This document shows, in pieces, positions 10,145 through 20,516 of a stretch of 64,000 bases of DNA; the first letter of the stretch is position 1; every line of letters starts with the position of its first letter. The DNA lies in NCBI GenBank assembly GCA_028280285.1, contig JANQMA010000050.1, positions 38,055 through 102,054 on the forward strand. The letters run 5' to 3'. Under the pieces are notes generated by a model, which searched no databases, was not told the origin of the DNA, and saw only the letters and a program-made list of their open reading frames with translations. The translations under genes and the position numbers were made by a program. The DNA is from Candidatus Omnitrophota bacterium (lineage in GTDB: Bacteria; Omnitrophota; Gorgyraeia; Zapsychrales; Zapsychraceae).

Positions 10145-10180
10145 TGCCTGGCACTATTTATTTGCTACAATAGATTTAAT

Positions 10181-11107
10181 ATGAGATTAATATTAGTATT
10201 TATATTATCCATTCTCTTTGCTTCTACCTGTCTTGCCCGGGATGATTTTACCGGGTTTAAAGACGGGACATACCGCGAATTTTACGACTCCGGTGAATTG
10301 AGGCGGATTGTAACCGTTACGCGTCAAACGCTTACCGGCCCTTTTAATACGTTTTATAAAAACGGTTTTTTAAAAGGTGAAGGTACTTATGTTAACGGTG
10401 TTTTAGAAGGCAAAGCCATTGGGTATTATCCGACCAAACAGGTTAAGATGGAAGTTAATTATCATCATGGCCTCTATGAAGGCCTGACTAAAGTGTATTA
10501 TCCTAATGGGCAGTTGAAAGGCAAGAGCTATTATCGCGATGGCCTCCTCCATGGGGATTATAAAGAATACTGGCCGAATGGCGCCTTGTCTTTTGAAAGA
10601 ACGTATAAGCACGGCGTTGCCCAAGGTGAGGAAAAACAATATCATCCGCAGGGCTATCTTTTCCGTATTACTAATCTTGTTAATGGCATGCAGCATGGGC
10701 TTATCAGGGAGTTTAACAAAGAAGGCAATCTCGTTAAATCGTATGAAGCGCGCTATGATATGGCGAACGATAATTATAAAAAATATGATGATCAAGGAAG
10801 GCTCAAGACCGATCAACGGCTGGTTAATCCCGATATTAACGAAGTTGTTATGACCGACTATTACGAGACGGGTGAAATCCTAAGGGAAACAAGCATGAAA
10901 AGTGATACGAAGCACGGCCCTTATCTTGAGTATTATGTGGATGGGGCTATCAAAGAGATGGGCTTTTATTTTGACGGCAAACGTGAAGGAAGGGTACAAA
11001 AGTTCCGCCCGAACGGCGATCTTAAAGCCGAACACCACTTTAAAGAAGATAAGGAAATGTTTGTGAGAAAATACGATTCGTCCGGATCAGTTATAGATGA
11101 TGAGTAG
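10181..11107 (+). CDS. Exported MORN-variant repeat (YwqK-like) protein
   Basis: Signal peptide and tandem YYPNGQLK/Y..G...G repeats. Confidence 0.8.
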   Translation: MRLILVFILSILFASTCLARDDFTGFKDGTYREFYDSGELRRIVTVTRQTLTGPFNTFYKNGFLKGEGTYVNGVLEGKAIGYYPTKQVKMEVNYHHGLYEGLTKVYYPNGQLKGKSYYRDGLLHGDYKEYWPNGALSFERTYKHGVAQGEEKQYHPQGYLFRITNLVNGMQHGLIREFNKEGNLVKSYEARYDMANDNYKKYDDQGRLKTDQRLVNPDINEVVMTDYYETGEILRETSMKSDTKHGPYLEYYVDGAIKEMGFYFDGKREGRVQKFRPNGDLKAEHHFKEDKEMFVRKYDSSGSVIDDE

Positions 11108-11118
11108 AAGGTGAAGTA

Positions 11119-11790
11119 ATGGCGATTATTATTATCTTTATCATGGCATGTATTATAGGAATTATTTTTCTCAATTTGCAGACCACCACAGATCCGCAGA
11201 AAACGCGCAACGATTATCTCAAAGAAATTATACGTATCATGGAGGGTCGGAGTATGACCATACCGGCTTATGAAGATTCGTATAAAATTTTATTCACCTT
11301 TAAAAGCGAACAGTTTGAATACGATGATATCATTTCAAAGATCGGTAACAAGATTATTCACAGAGGTTATCTGCGCGTTAAAACTTTAAGCAATTTATCT
11401 TTAAGCTTTAATGAAAAAACAAGGGAGAAGTTTTTTAATAAGGATGTTGTTTCGCAAATCATTAAACCAGGTGAGCTATCGGGCGGACGTGTAAAGCTGA
11501 ATATTCCTAAGGCACTGCGTGAGTTTGATATTGTGACCAATAGCATTTTTGCGGCCAATGCTTTTTTTCAGGACAAAAAGGTGATCAACATTCTGCGTGA
11601 GTTTAAGAATATTGATACGCGCGGATGGAAGCATATGGCTATCCGTATAAAAAATGGTGAAGTTGTCTTGGAGTTTAATCCCCAAACGGGATTTAAACCG
11701 AATTTGGCCACACTGCGTAGTGACCCGCATATTATAGAAGATAATGCCAAAAAGCTTCTTGTCCTTGTGGCCCGTCTTAATACCTCGTAA
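11119..11790 (+). CDS. Hypothetical membrane-anchored protein
   Basis: N-terminal hydrophobic helix; SD-like aaggtg upstream; 223-aa ORF. Confidence 0.7.
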   Translation: MAIIIIFIMACIIGIIFLNLQTTTDPQKTRNDYLKEIIRIMEGRSMTIPAYEDSYKILFTFKSEQFEYDDIISKIGNKIIHRGYLRVKTLSNLSLSFNEKTREKFFNKDVVSQIIKPGELSGGRVKLNIPKALREFDIVTNSIFAANAFFQDKKVINILREFKNIDTRGWKHMAIRIKNGEVVLEFNPQTGFKPNLATLRSDPHIIEDNAKKLLVLVARLNTS

Positions 11791-11864
11791 GTATAATTCC
11801 ACAAGTTATTGAATATAAATAACTTATAATCCAAATATAATTTTAAGCAAGGCATATTTGGTTA

Positions 11865-11892
11865 TTGACACAAAAATCTTTTTTGTTATAAT
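11865..11892 (+). promoter_or_regulatory. Sigma70 promoter of the heat-shock operon
   Basis: TTGACA-16 bp-TATAAT with TGn extension. Confidence 0.85.
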
Positions 11893-11898
11893 AGCGGC

Positions 11899-11925
11899 TT
11901 AGCATTCGATCCTAAAGAGTGCTAA
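11899..11925 (+). promoter_or_regulatory. CIRCE operator (HrcA site)
   Basis: TTAGCATTC-N9-GAGTGCTAA, one mismatch to the consensus, directly upstream of hrcA. Confidence 0.95.
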
Positions 11926-11959
11926 AAAACAGTAAACTTATGTAAGGACAGTGACTTAG

Positions 11960-12700
11960 ATGATGACTCCAAAGAAAACCGATATCCGTGCCAGAAAAGA
12001 GCGGGTTTTAGGTATAACTGTTAGTCAGTATATTAAAAATGTTTCACCGGTCAGTTCTGCTTTTTTGGTTAATGAATATTTTGCCGATTTAAGCTCGGCC
12101 ACAATCCGTAATATTTTAAGTGAGCTCGAACAAGAAGGATATTTAACGCATCCGCATACATCAGCCGGACGCATTCCCACCCAAAAGGGTTACCGCTATT
12201 ATGTCGATAACCTTGTTGATGAAATTCAACTTTTGGAAGAGGAGAAAGAACGCATCCGCCAAGATTATTTAAAAGAAAAAAGAGAATTAGATGCCCTTCT
12301 TAAAAAAGCATCACAAGCCATTTCGCAGGTAACCCATTATACGGGTATTGTTTCTGTGGATGGATTTGAAGATAGATTGTATTTGAGTGGAACACATCAT
12401 ATTGTGGAATACCCTGATTATCAGGATATTCAAAAAATTCGCTCTATATTAGTTGCTTTGGAAGAGAAGGAACAATTGTATAAGGTCATCAGTAAAGAGC
12501 TTGATAAACGCATTGAGGTTTTTATCGGCAGTGAAATCGAGTGCTCTGATATTGATGCCTGTTCGCTTGTGGTTTCTTCATATAAAACCCGTAAGGGACC
12601 GACAGGCCGTATTGCTGTATTGGGACCGACAAGCATGGACTATCAAAAAGTATTTTCTACCGTCGATTATATGACGCGTTTAATGGAAGAAATGATTTAA
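11960..12700 (+). CDS. hrcA: Heat-inducible transcription repressor HrcA (short form)
   Basis: SSATIRN, HPHTSAGRIPT..GYRYYVD and GPTSMDY motifs. Confidence 0.95.
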   Translation: MMTPKKTDIRARKERVLGITVSQYIKNVSPVSSAFLVNEYFADLSSATIRNILSELEQEGYLTHPHTSAGRIPTQKGYRYYVDNLVDEIQLLEEEKERIRQDYLKEKRELDALLKKASQAISQVTHYTGIVSVDGFEDRLYLSGTHHIVEYPDYQDIQKIRSILVALEEKEQLYKVISKELDKRIEVFIGSEIECSDIDACSLVVSSYKTRKGPTGRIAVLGPTSMDYQKVFSTVDYMTRLMEEMI

Positions 12701-12703
12701 GCG

Positions 12704-13312
12704 ATGGAGTCAATGATGACAGAAAAAAAAGAACAGCAAAAAAGTCAGAACAAAAATTCCGAAAAAAAGAAATCCAAAATGATTAAGGTTGATGAAGCCG
12801 AGTATACCGGTATTGTCGAGGAGTTAAAGGAAGTTAAAGACAAACATGTCCGTCTGTATGCCGAGTTTGATAATGCCCGCAAACGCATGGAACGTGAAAA
12901 AGAAGAGTTTGTTAAATATGCCGCCGAAGGCCTTATTGTTGAATTTTTGGAAGTGCACGATGATTTGGAGAGAAGCGTGGCAGCCGCCAAGCAAGAGATT
13001 AAAGACGGCAACTCTTCTCTTATTAAAGGCCTCGAGATGGTTAAAAATCGCACAGAAGAGTTTTTGAAAAAAAACGGTGTCAGACCAATGAAGGCCTTGG
13101 GCCAGACATTTGATCATAATTGTCATGAGGTCATGATGCAGCAAGAGACAACAGAACATGAAGATAATACAGTGATCGAAGTTTTTCAGCAAGGGTATTA
13201 CCTTGGGGATAAAGTGGTACGAACAGCAAAAGTAAAACTCGCTAAAAATAACAGTTCTCAACCGTCGAAGGAAAGCGAAGAAAACGGCGAAGTTGAGGCA
13301 AAGAATTTATAA
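12704..13312 (+). CDS. grpE: Nucleotide exchange factor GrpE
   Basis: AEFDNARKR, FDHNCHE and GY....V.R.AKV motifs; operon context. Confidence 0.95.
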   Translation: MESMMTEKKEQQKSQNKNSEKKKSKMIKVDEAEYTGIVEELKEVKDKHVRLYAEFDNARKRMEREKEEFVKYAAEGLIVEFLEVHDDLERSVAAAKQEIKDGNSSLIKGLEMVKNRTEEFLKKNGVRPMKALGQTFDHNCHEVMMQQETTEHEDNTVIEVFQQGYYLGDKVVRTAKVKLAKNNSSQPSKESEENGEVEAKNL

Positions 13313-13332
13313 ATTAACAAGGAGTAGATGAA

Positions 13333-15264
13333 ATGGGTAAAGCAATTGGAATCGATTTAGGAACGTCAAACTCAGCGGCCGCGGTTATGGAAGGCGGACG
13401 CCCTGTGATTATTCCTTCGGCCGAAGGAGCAGGGGTCGCGTCAGGAAAAGCTTTTCCGTCATTTGTCGCTTTCACCAAAGAAGGTGACCGTTTAGTTGGT
13501 GAGCCAGCTAAAAGACAGGCCCCGGTTAATCCGGAAGGAACCATTTATGCCTCAAAACGTAAAATGGGAACGGATCATAAATTCAAAGTATTTGATAAAG
13601 AGTTCACGCCACAGCAAGTCGGGGCATTTATCCTGCAGAAAATCAAAGCAGATGCCGAAAAGTATTTAGGCGAAACCGTTGATGAAGCGGTGATCACTGT
13701 GCCTGCTTATTTTAATGATGCCCAAAGACAAGCGACCAAAGATGCGGGTGAAATCGCAGGACTTAAAGTTTTGCGTATTATCAACGAACCAACATCCGCC
13801 TGCCTTGCGTATGGGATTGATAAAGCCGGTAAAGAACAAAAGATTATGGTCTTTGACTTCGGCGGGGGTACGCTCGACGTAACCGTTCTTGAAATGGGTT
13901 GGGATGAAGAGCATAAAGCTGCCACGTTTGAAGTGTTGTCGACCAGCGGCGACAATCATCTCGGTGGAACGGATATGGACAACTCTTTAATTGATTATAT
14001 TACAGAAGAGTTTAAAAAAGAGTCCGGTGTTGATTTGACCAATGATAAAATGGCCTTTCAACGTCTGCGTGAAGCAGCTGAAAAAGCCAAGGTTGAATTA
14101 TCATCAACGGTTACAACCGATATCAGTCTTCCTTTTATTACCGCTGATGCCTCAGGACCGAAGCATTTAAACATGACGATCGACCGTGCCAAGCTTGAAA
14201 GTTTGGTGGGTGATACGGTTAACCGTTGCGCCGGTCCTATCCGTCAGGCGATTAAAGATGCCAGTGAAAAGTTAGGCGAAGAGGTAAAAGTTGATCGCAT
14301 CATCCTCGTTGGTGGTCCAACACGCATGCCAATCGTTCAAGAGTTTGTCGAAAAGGAAGTCGGGCAAAAGATCGAAGGCGGGATTGATCCGATGGAGTGT
14401 GTCGCTTTAGGTGCGGCCGTTCAATCCGGGATTATCCGCGGCGAGGCCAAGGAAGTGCTTCTGCTTGATGTTACGCCATTAACCCTTGGGATTGAAACAA
14501 TGGGCAGTGTTATGACAAAGCTCATTGACCGTAACACAACAATTCCGGCCAAAAAGTCACAAGTGTTTTCAACCGCCGAAGATAATCAAAGCGCGGTAAC
14601 CATTCGTGTTCTTCAAGGCGAACGCCAAATGGCCAATGACAATACAGAGCTTGGCCGTTTTGATCTTGTCGGTATTCCGCCGGCACCACGTGGTGTGCCG
14701 CAGATCGAAGTAACGTTTGACATCGATACCGACGGGATTGTGCATGTTTCCGCGAAAGATAAAGGAACAGGCAAAGAACAATCTATCCGTATTACGGCGC
14801 CTACAAAACTGTCTGAAGAAGAAATTGAGAAGATGGTGAAGGAAGCGGAAAAATACGCGGAAGAAGATAAAAAGAAAAAAGAAGAAGTGGAAACAATCAA
14901 TCAAGCGAACACCGTTGTTTATGCGACGGAAAAGTCACTGAAAGACTATGGTGATAAGGTCTCTGAGGAAGAAAAGAAAAACATTGAGGCCGAGCTTGAA
15001 AATCTCAAAAAAGCCATTGAAGCCAAAGATATTGAGAAGATTAAATCTGCTCAAGAAACTCTTCAGAAAGCGGCCCACAAGTTAGCCGAAGAAGTGTATA
15101 AGGCAACAGCGGCCGAGCAGCAAGCAGGTGCTGAGGCTTCTGCCGCCGGAGCGCAAGCCGGACCGGAAGCGGCTGCAGGCGGCGGGGCAACGGATGATAA
15201 AAAAGATAATAAGGAAGATGTCATTGATGCCGATTTTAAGGCAGAGGATGATAAAAAAGAATAA
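13333..15264 (+). CDS. dnaK: Chaperone DnaK
   Basis: [17 protein letters not shown] and DFGGGTLD motifs. Confidence 0.99.
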   Translation: MGKAIGIDLGTSNSAAAVMEGGRPVIIPSAEGAGVASGKAFPSFVAFTKEGDRLVGEPAKRQAPVNPEGTIYASKRKMGTDHKFKVFDKEFTPQQVGAFILQKIKADAEKYLGETVDEAVITVPAYFNDAQRQATKDAGEIAGLKVLRIINEPTSACLAYGIDKAGKEQKIMVFDFGGGTLDVTVLEMGWDEEHKAATFEVLSTSGDNHLGGTDMDNSLIDYITEEFKKESGVDLTNDKMAFQRLREAAEKAKVELSSTVTTDISLPFITADASGPKHLNMTIDRAKLESLVGDTVNRCAGPIRQAIKDASEKLGEEVKVDRIILVGGPTRMPIVQEFVEKEVGQKIEGGIDPMECVALGAAVQSGIIRGEAKEVLLLDVTPLTLGIETMGSVMTKLIDRNTTIPAKKSQVFSTAEDNQSAVTIRVLQGERQMANDNTELGRFDLVGIPPAPRGVPQIEVTFDIDTDGIVHVSAKDKGTGKEQSIRITAPTKLSEEEIEKMVKEAEKYAEEDKKKKEEVETINQANTVVYATEKSLKDYGDKVSEEEKKNIEAELENLKKAIEAKDIEKIKSAQETLQKAAHKLAEEVYKATAAEQQAGAEASAAGAQAGPEAAAGGGATDDKKDNKEDVIDADFKAEDDKKE

Positions 15265-16412
15265 TGAGTACAAACCGTGATTATTACGAAATCTTAGGTG
15301 TTGCCCGCGAGGCGAGCGTGGCCGATATTAAAAAGGCTTACCGCAAGCTGGCGCTTAAGTATCACCCCGACCGTGTTGCCGAAGATAAGAAAAAGGAATC
15401 GGAAGAAGAGTTTAAGGTTATCTCGGAAGCCTATGCTGTTTTAACCGATCCTAAAAAACGGCAACTCTATGATCAATACGGTCATGCCGGTGTTGATCAG
15501 CAGTATTCCGCGGAAGATATTTTCCGCGGGGCTGATTTTAGTGATCTGGGTGATATCTTCAGCCAGTTTTTCGGAGGCGGTGGCTCTTCCTCTGATATCT
15601 TTGGCAGTATGTTTGGCGGCGGTGGCACCCGACGTGGACCGTCACGTGGTGCCGATATTCAGACAGAAATAGCGATCACGCTTGAAGAGGCCTTTAATGG
15701 TGTTCAGAAAAACATTACGATTCAGCGTAATGAGCATTGCATCAAATGTGATGGCACAGGAGCCAAGGATGCGAATTCGCTTAAAACGTGTACAGTGTGC
15801 CAGGGGACGGGAAGTGTTGTCACCTCCAGTGGCTTTTTTCGAATGAAACAGTCGTGTCCGACGTGTGGCGGGCGTGGTCAGATCATTACAGAATTCTGTC
15901 CGGAATGCGATGGTAAAGGGGTTGTCCGGCAAACCCGTAAGATTGAAGTTAATATTCCGGCCGGGGTTGATGATAATTCGCGTTTGCGTGTTTCCGGCGA
16001 AGGGGAAATTGGTAAAGGTGGTTCGGGTGATTTGTATTTGTATATTGCGGTTAGAGAGCATGATATTTTTCATCGCAATGGTGATGATTTGCATATGGAT
16101 TTGCCAATCAGTTTTGCCAAAGCGGCTTTAGGCGCGGAGGTTTCGGTTCCAACATTAAGCGGTAATGTGTCGATGAAGATTCCAGCCGGGACACAGAGTG
16201 GTAAGGTTTTTCGTCTTAAAGAAAAAGGGATGCCGAGTTTGCGTGGGTACAAACCTGGTGATCTATATGCGCGGGTGATGTTGTCGGTTCCAAAGAAGTT
16301 GACGGCCGAGCAAAAGGAATTGCTTGAGCAATATGCCAAGATTAGCGGTGAGGATGTTGGAAAAGGGACCGCGGATACGTTGAAAGAGAAGTTAAAAAAG
16401 GTATTTAAGTAG
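15264..16412 (+). CDS. dnaJ: Chaperone DnaJ
   Basis: J domain HPD, G/F region, four CxxCxGxG repeats. Confidence 0.98.
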   Translation: MSTNRDYYEILGVAREASVADIKKAYRKLALKYHPDRVAEDKKKESEEEFKVISEAYAVLTDPKKRQLYDQYGHAGVDQQYSAEDIFRGADFSDLGDIFSQFFGGGGSSSDIFGSMFGGGGTRRGPSRGADIQTEIAITLEEAFNGVQKNITIQRNEHCIKCDGTGAKDANSLKTCTVCQGTGSVVTSSGFFRMKQSCPTCGGRGQIITEFCPECDGKGVVRQTRKIEVNIPAGVDDNSRLRVSGEGEIGKGGSGDLYLYIAVREHDIFHRNGDDLHMDLPISFAKAALGAEVSVPTLSGNVSMKIPAGTQSGKVFRLKEKGMPSLRGYKPGDLYARVMLSVPKKLTAEQKELLEQYAKISGEDVGKGTADTLKEKLKKVFK

Positions 16413-16423
16413 GGAACAGAGAT

Positions 16424-16681
16424 ATGCCAACATATCAATACGAATGTGATGCTTGCGGATACGCGTTTGAAGCATTTCAATCAATGACGGATCCAAAGTT
16501 TAAGAAATGCCCGAAGTGTAAAAAGATGAAGTTATCCCGCTTGATCGGCACCGGAGCAGGGGTTATTTTTAAAGGGTCCGGGTTTTACGAGACTGATTTT
16601 AAAACTAAGGATGCTAGTAAAGGTGCTGAATCGGATGGCTCTGACTGCTGCTCGGATTCAGGCGGCTGCGGATGCGAATAG
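16424..16681 (+). CDS. FmdB-family zinc-ribbon protein
   Basis: MPTYQYECDAC...CPKC...FKGSGFYETD. Confidence 0.9.
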   Translation: MPTYQYECDACGYAFEAFQSMTDPKFKKCPKCKKMKLSRLIGTGAGVIFKGSGFYETDFKTKDASKGAESDGSDCCSDSGGCGCE

Positions 16682-17055
16682 GCAAATTCGCGCAATTTTG
16701 GTTTCCGGTTATTGCCTATTCTGCTATTATTTTCGGTATCTCGGCTATACCGGGCGATGGGATTGAGCCCGGTTTTCCAGGATTAGACAAAATTTTTCAT
16801 GTGGCCGAATACATGCCGTATGGATTTTTGGTCTGCAGAGCTTTAAAAGAGTATTTTAATGTAGACAAAGAGGGGGCAATTTTATTTTGGACGACCCTGT
16901 TTGTTCTGTGTTATGGTGTGAGCGATGAAATTCACCAGTATTTCGTTCCTTTAAGAGAGGCGGATGTGTGGGATGTTGTGGCTGACACATTTGGGGGCTT
17001 CTTGGGAGGCCTTGTATATTTGAATTTGAATAAGAAAGGTAACATTGGATGCTAG
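16672..17055 (+). CDS. VanZ-family membrane protein
   Basis: DKIFH..EY and DEIHQYFVP.R...D..AD motifs. Confidence 0.88.
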   Translation: MRIGKFAQFWFPVIAYSAIIFGISAIPGDGIEPGFPGLDKIFHVAEYMPYGFLVCRALKEYFNVDKEGAILFWTTLFVLCYGVSDEIHQYFVPLREADVWDVVADTFGGFLGGLVYLNLNKKGNIGC

Positions 17056-17112
17056 ATGCTAGATGCTTGATGCTCGATGCTCGCGAGCAACGAGCGACAA
17101 GCAACGAGCATC
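17048..17112. repeat. Heptamer palindromic element (GATGCTx / AGCAACG family)
   Basis: gatgcta x2, gatgctt, gatgctc x2, then agcaacg/agcgaca/agcaacg/agcatc. Contains the vanZ-like stop codon. Confidence 0.85.
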
Positions 17113-17136
17113 AAATTACAGTTAAAGGATCTAATT

Positions 17137-18405
17137 ATGGCACATATCAAACCGTTTAAAGCGGTCTATTATAATATCGATAAAGTAAAAGATTTCCGTA
17201 CTGTTATGGCGCCGCCATATGATGTAATTAATGAGGAGTATCAAAATGATCTTCACAACAGAAGTCCGTTTAACTTTACACATATTGATCTAGAGAAGCA
17301 GTTTCCCAATGACGATAGAACCGATAATCGTTACACACGCTCCAAAAAAACATTTCAGGATTGGTTGAAAAAGCGTGTTATGGTTGAAGACAGCGAGCCG
17401 GCGGTTTATTTTTATCGTCAGGAATACAAGGTTCAGGGGCAGAAATATAACCGTTTGGGTTTTATTTCGCTTATGGAGCTTCATGATGAAGGTGATTCCA
17501 AAGTTCATCCTCATGAAAAAACGCATGCCAATGCGGTGGACGACCGTTTTCAATTAACCAAGGCGCTTAATTCTAATCTCAGTTGCATTTTTGTTTGTTA
17601 TTCCGATGTCCAGAAAAAAGTGGAGAAGATTTTTAATAAACATCTCTGTGCGACCGAACCGCTGATTGATGTGGTCGATGATAATGATATCCGCAATAAA
17701 GTATGGCGTCTTACCGATGAAGCTCTGATAGCAGATATTAATAAATCTCTGGAAGGGCAGAATTTATTTATTGCCGATGGGCATCACCGCTATCAAGTGG
17801 CCTGCGAATATCGCTCTCACCGGCGCAGCCGTAAGATAAAATCGGGTGGGCAAGAATCGTATAATTATGTGATGACCTATTTCACGAATATGGATTCTAA
17901 GGATTTGCAAATCTTTCCTATGCACCGCATCTTAAAAAAATTCCCGCAAGATTTAAGTTTTCTCGACGAGTTTTTCAGAATCGATAAAATTAAAACGAAA
18001 GAAGAACTATTGATCCTGTTAGCCAAAGCCGGTAAGAATGAACATGCCTTTGGTCTGTATACACGTGATGGCATTAAACTATTACGGCTTAAAAATAAGC
18101 TGCTTATTGATCGGGAAATTAAAGAAGGATCATCTGAATACAAAAAACTTGACGCAACGATTTTGAAGAACTTTGTTTTTGATCGTCAAGGTATTCCGTC
18201 GGATGACAATATTATTTACACTAAAGATTTAAATGAAGTGACCAATATGGTTGATACAGGCAATGCGGATGCCGGTTTTGTTATGAATGCCGTTAAGATT
18301 AAACAGTTGAAAGATATTGCGCTTAACGGGGAGAAGATGCCGCCTAAGACAACTTATTTTTATCCAAAGGTTCTCTCAGGTTTGACTGTTTATAAAATGG
18401 ACTAA
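17137..18405 (+). CDS. DUF1015 family protein
   Basis: APPYDVI, PHEKT, IADGHHRY and MPPKTTYFYPK motifs. Start at ATG 17137, after the repeat. Confidence 0.9.
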   Translation: MAHIKPFKAVYYNIDKVKDFRTVMAPPYDVINEEYQNDLHNRSPFNFTHIDLEKQFPNDDRTDNRYTRSKKTFQDWLKKRVMVEDSEPAVYFYRQEYKVQGQKYNRLGFISLMELHDEGDSKVHPHEKTHANAVDDRFQLTKALNSNLSCIFVCYSDVQKKVEKIFNKHLCATEPLIDVVDDNDIRNKVWRLTDEALIADINKSLEGQNLFIADGHHRYQVACEYRSHRRSRKIKSGGQESYNYVMTYFTNMDSKDLQIFPMHRILKKFPQDLSFLDEFFRIDKIKTKEELLILLAKAGKNEHAFGLYTRDGIKLLRLKNKLLIDREIKEGSSEYKKLDATILKNFVFDRQGIPSDDNIIYTKDLNEVTNMVDTGNADAGFVMNAVKIKQLKDIALNGEKMPPKTTYFYPKVLSGLTVYKMD

Positions 18406-18424
18406 CTTATATCACAGTTCTATT

Positions 18425-19273
18425 ATGGGATTATTTGGCCGTAAAAAATATACTCTGGTTAATGTTAAGAAAAAAGAAATCCCTGCGGGCCTCTGGGAGA
18501 AATGTCCTGAGTGCGAAGCTGTTTCGTATAAAAAAGAATTGTCTGATAATCTTGAAGTGTGTCCTAAGTGCGATTATCATTTTTCTCTGACCGCCAAAGA
18601 GCGCATTAGCACAATCATTGATGAAGGTTCCTTTATCGAAACAGACAAAGATCTTTTTTCAGGCGATCCCCTCGAGTTTAAAGGTCCTAAGACATATCCG
18701 GAAAAAATTAAAGGAGATCAAAAACGTACTGGTTTGCGTGATGCGGTTATTACCGGCTACGGGACAGTACATGGCAAAAAAATCGGTATAGCTGTTACTG
18801 ATTCCAGGTTTATTATGGGCTCAATGGGCTCGGTTGTTGGGGAGCGTATTACGCGGATCATAGAATATTCGACCAAAGAGCAGATTCCCGTGATTATTGT
18901 CTCAGGTTCTGGTGGTGGTGCGCGTATGTACGAAGGGGTTTTCTCTTTGATGCAAATGGCGAAAACCTGTGCGGCACTGGCCCGACATAATGAGGCAGGG
19001 CTTTTGCATATATCGCTTTTGACCAATCCAACAATGGCAGGCATCATGGCTTCTTTTGCCGGGGTTGGTGATGTGATTATGGCGGAACCCCGTGCCTTAA
19101 TTGGATTTACAGGCCCAAGGGTTATTGAACAGACAATCAAGCAAAAGCTTCCGGAAGGTTTTCAGCGTTCGGAATTTTTATTGGAGCATGGTCTGATTGA
19201 TATGATTGTCAGCCGTCATGATTTAAAAGAGCGATTGGCGGATGTCGTTATGTACACTTCGTGTAGGACTTAG
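18425..19273 (+). CDS. accD: Acetyl-CoA carboxylase carboxyltransferase beta
   Basis: CPEC...CPKC zinc finger, GSMGSVVGE, GFTGPRVIEQT. Confidence 0.96.
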   Translation: MGLFGRKKYTLVNVKKKEIPAGLWEKCPECEAVSYKKELSDNLEVCPKCDYHFSLTAKERISTIIDEGSFIETDKDLFSGDPLEFKGPKTYPEKIKGDQKRTGLRDAVITGYGTVHGKKIGIAVTDSRFIMGSMGSVVGERITRIIEYSTKEQIPVIIVSGSGGGARMYEGVFSLMQMAKTCAALARHNEAGLLHISLLTNPTMAGIMASFAGVGDVIMAEPRALIGFTGPRVIEQTIKQKLPEGFQRSEFLLEHGLIDMIVSRHDLKERLADVVMYTSCRT

Positions 19274-19330
19274 GCGTTGGAACTTGGAACTTGGAATTCC
19301 CAAGTCCTAAGTCCCACGTACTAAGTCCTA
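19264..19330. repeat. Heptamer palindromic element (GGACTTx family)
   Basis: ggactta/ggcgttg/gaacttg/gaacttg ... caagtcc/taagtcc/cacgtac/taagtcc. Contains the accD stop codon. Confidence 0.85.
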
Positions 19331-19338
19331 TTATTTCA

Positions 19339-19367
19339 TTGCATTTTCCAGGCTTTTTGATTAGAAT
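19339..19367 (+). promoter_or_regulatory. Sigma70-type promoter
   Basis: TTGCAT-17 bp-TAGAAT upstream of the ABC ATPase. Confidence 0.55.
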
Positions 19368-19412
19368 ACAGCCTTTATATTAGACATTAAGTATTAATAT
19401 CTAAGGACAGAT

Positions 19413-20516
19413 ATGGCACAAATTACACTTAAGAATGTTTCTAAAATTTACCGCGGCAATGATTGTGCAGTTGATAATATTGATTTGTCTGTCGAGGATA
19501 AAGAGTTTATGGTCCTTGTCGGTCCTTCCGGTTGCGGTAAGTCGACGACTTTACGTATGATTGCCGGTTTAGAAGATATTTCTAAGGGAAAGGCTTTTAT
19601 CGGGGACAGATTGGTTAATGATGTTCCGGCTAAAGACCGTGATATCGCGATGGTCTTTCAAAATTATGCCCTTTATCCACATATGACTGTATATGAAAAT
19701 ATGTCGTTCGGTCTTAAATTGCGTAAGTATCCCAAGGATGAGATTTTAAAACGTGTTAATGAGGCGGCTGAGATTTTAGGTATTAAACATCTTCTCGAAA
19801 GGCGTCCACGCCAATTATCCGGGGGAGAAAGACAGCGCGTTGCTTTAGGCCGTGCGATCGTGCGCAAACCTCAGGTGTTTTTATTCGATGAGCCTTTAAG
19901 TAATTTGGATGCTAAGTTACGTGTGCAAATGCGCACCGAAATCCATAAGCTGCGCACGCGTTTGCAAACAACGTTTGTTTATGTAACCCATGATCAAACC
20001 GAAGCGTTGACTTTGGGCGACCGCATTGTCGTTATGCGTGGCGGAAAAATTCAGCAGTGTGCTGATCCGATGACGATTTATGATAAACCGGCTAATAAGT
20101 TTGTCGCCAGCTTTATCGGTTCACCACCAATTAATTTAATGGATGGTAAAATCATCAAGCGTGATAAAAAATATTACTTTGATGAAGGTAAGTTTCAAGT
20201 TAGACTTGTAGAAGAGATGTATAAAGACATCGAGCCTTATGAAGGCAAAGAGGTTACCTTCGGTATTCGTGCCGAGGATGTTTATGATAAATTATTTGTT
20301 TCTGAAGCGTCACCGGATAATACCATCCGTGCTGTCTGTGAGGTTGTGGAGCCTTTAGGATCTGAAGTTTATTTGTATTTGAATACAGGCAAAAATACTT
20401 TTATCGCACGTGTTGGTGCACATAACCGTCCTGATGTGAATCGGGAAATGGATCTTGTATTTGATATGAGTAAGGTGCACTTCTTTGACCGAGAAACAGA
20501 AAACACAATTGTCTAA
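19413..20516 (+). CDS. Sugar ABC transporter ATP-binding protein (MalK/MsmX/UgpC type)
   Basis: GPSGCGKST, LSGGERQR, DEPLSNLD, and a C-terminal TOBE-like region. Confidence 0.93.
   Translation: MAQITLKNVSKIYRGNDCAVDNIDLSVEDKEFMVLVGPSGCGKSTTLRMIAGLEDISKGKAFIGDRLVNDVPAKDRDIAMVFQNYALYPHMTVYENMSFGLKLRKYPKDEILKRVNEAAEILGIKHLLERRPRQLSGGERQRVALGRAIVRKPQVFLFDEPLSNLDAKLRVQMRTEIHKLRTRLQTTFVYVTHDQTEALTLGDRIVVMRGGKIQQCADPMTIYDKPANKFVASFIGSPPINLMDGKIIKRDKKYYFDEGKFQVRLVEEMYKDIEPYEGKEVTFGIRAEDVYDKLFVSEASPDNTIRAVCEVVEPLGSEVYLYLNTGKNTFIARVGAHNRPDVNREMDLVFDMSKVHFFDRETENTIV

Noticed and set aside
10181-11107. YwqK-like protein as the antitoxin of a TA system
   Set aside because: It has a signal peptide and no adjacent toxin; it is a generic MORN-variant repeat protein.
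11960-12700. Short HrcA as a pseudogene
   Set aside because: The frame is intact with both the HTH and C-terminal motifs, and a CIRCE is present; it is a compact variant.
16424-16681. Cys-rich tail (DCCSDSGGCGCE) as a RiPP precursor
   Set aside because: This is a usual feature of FmdB-family zinc-ribbon proteins, and no maturase is adjacent.
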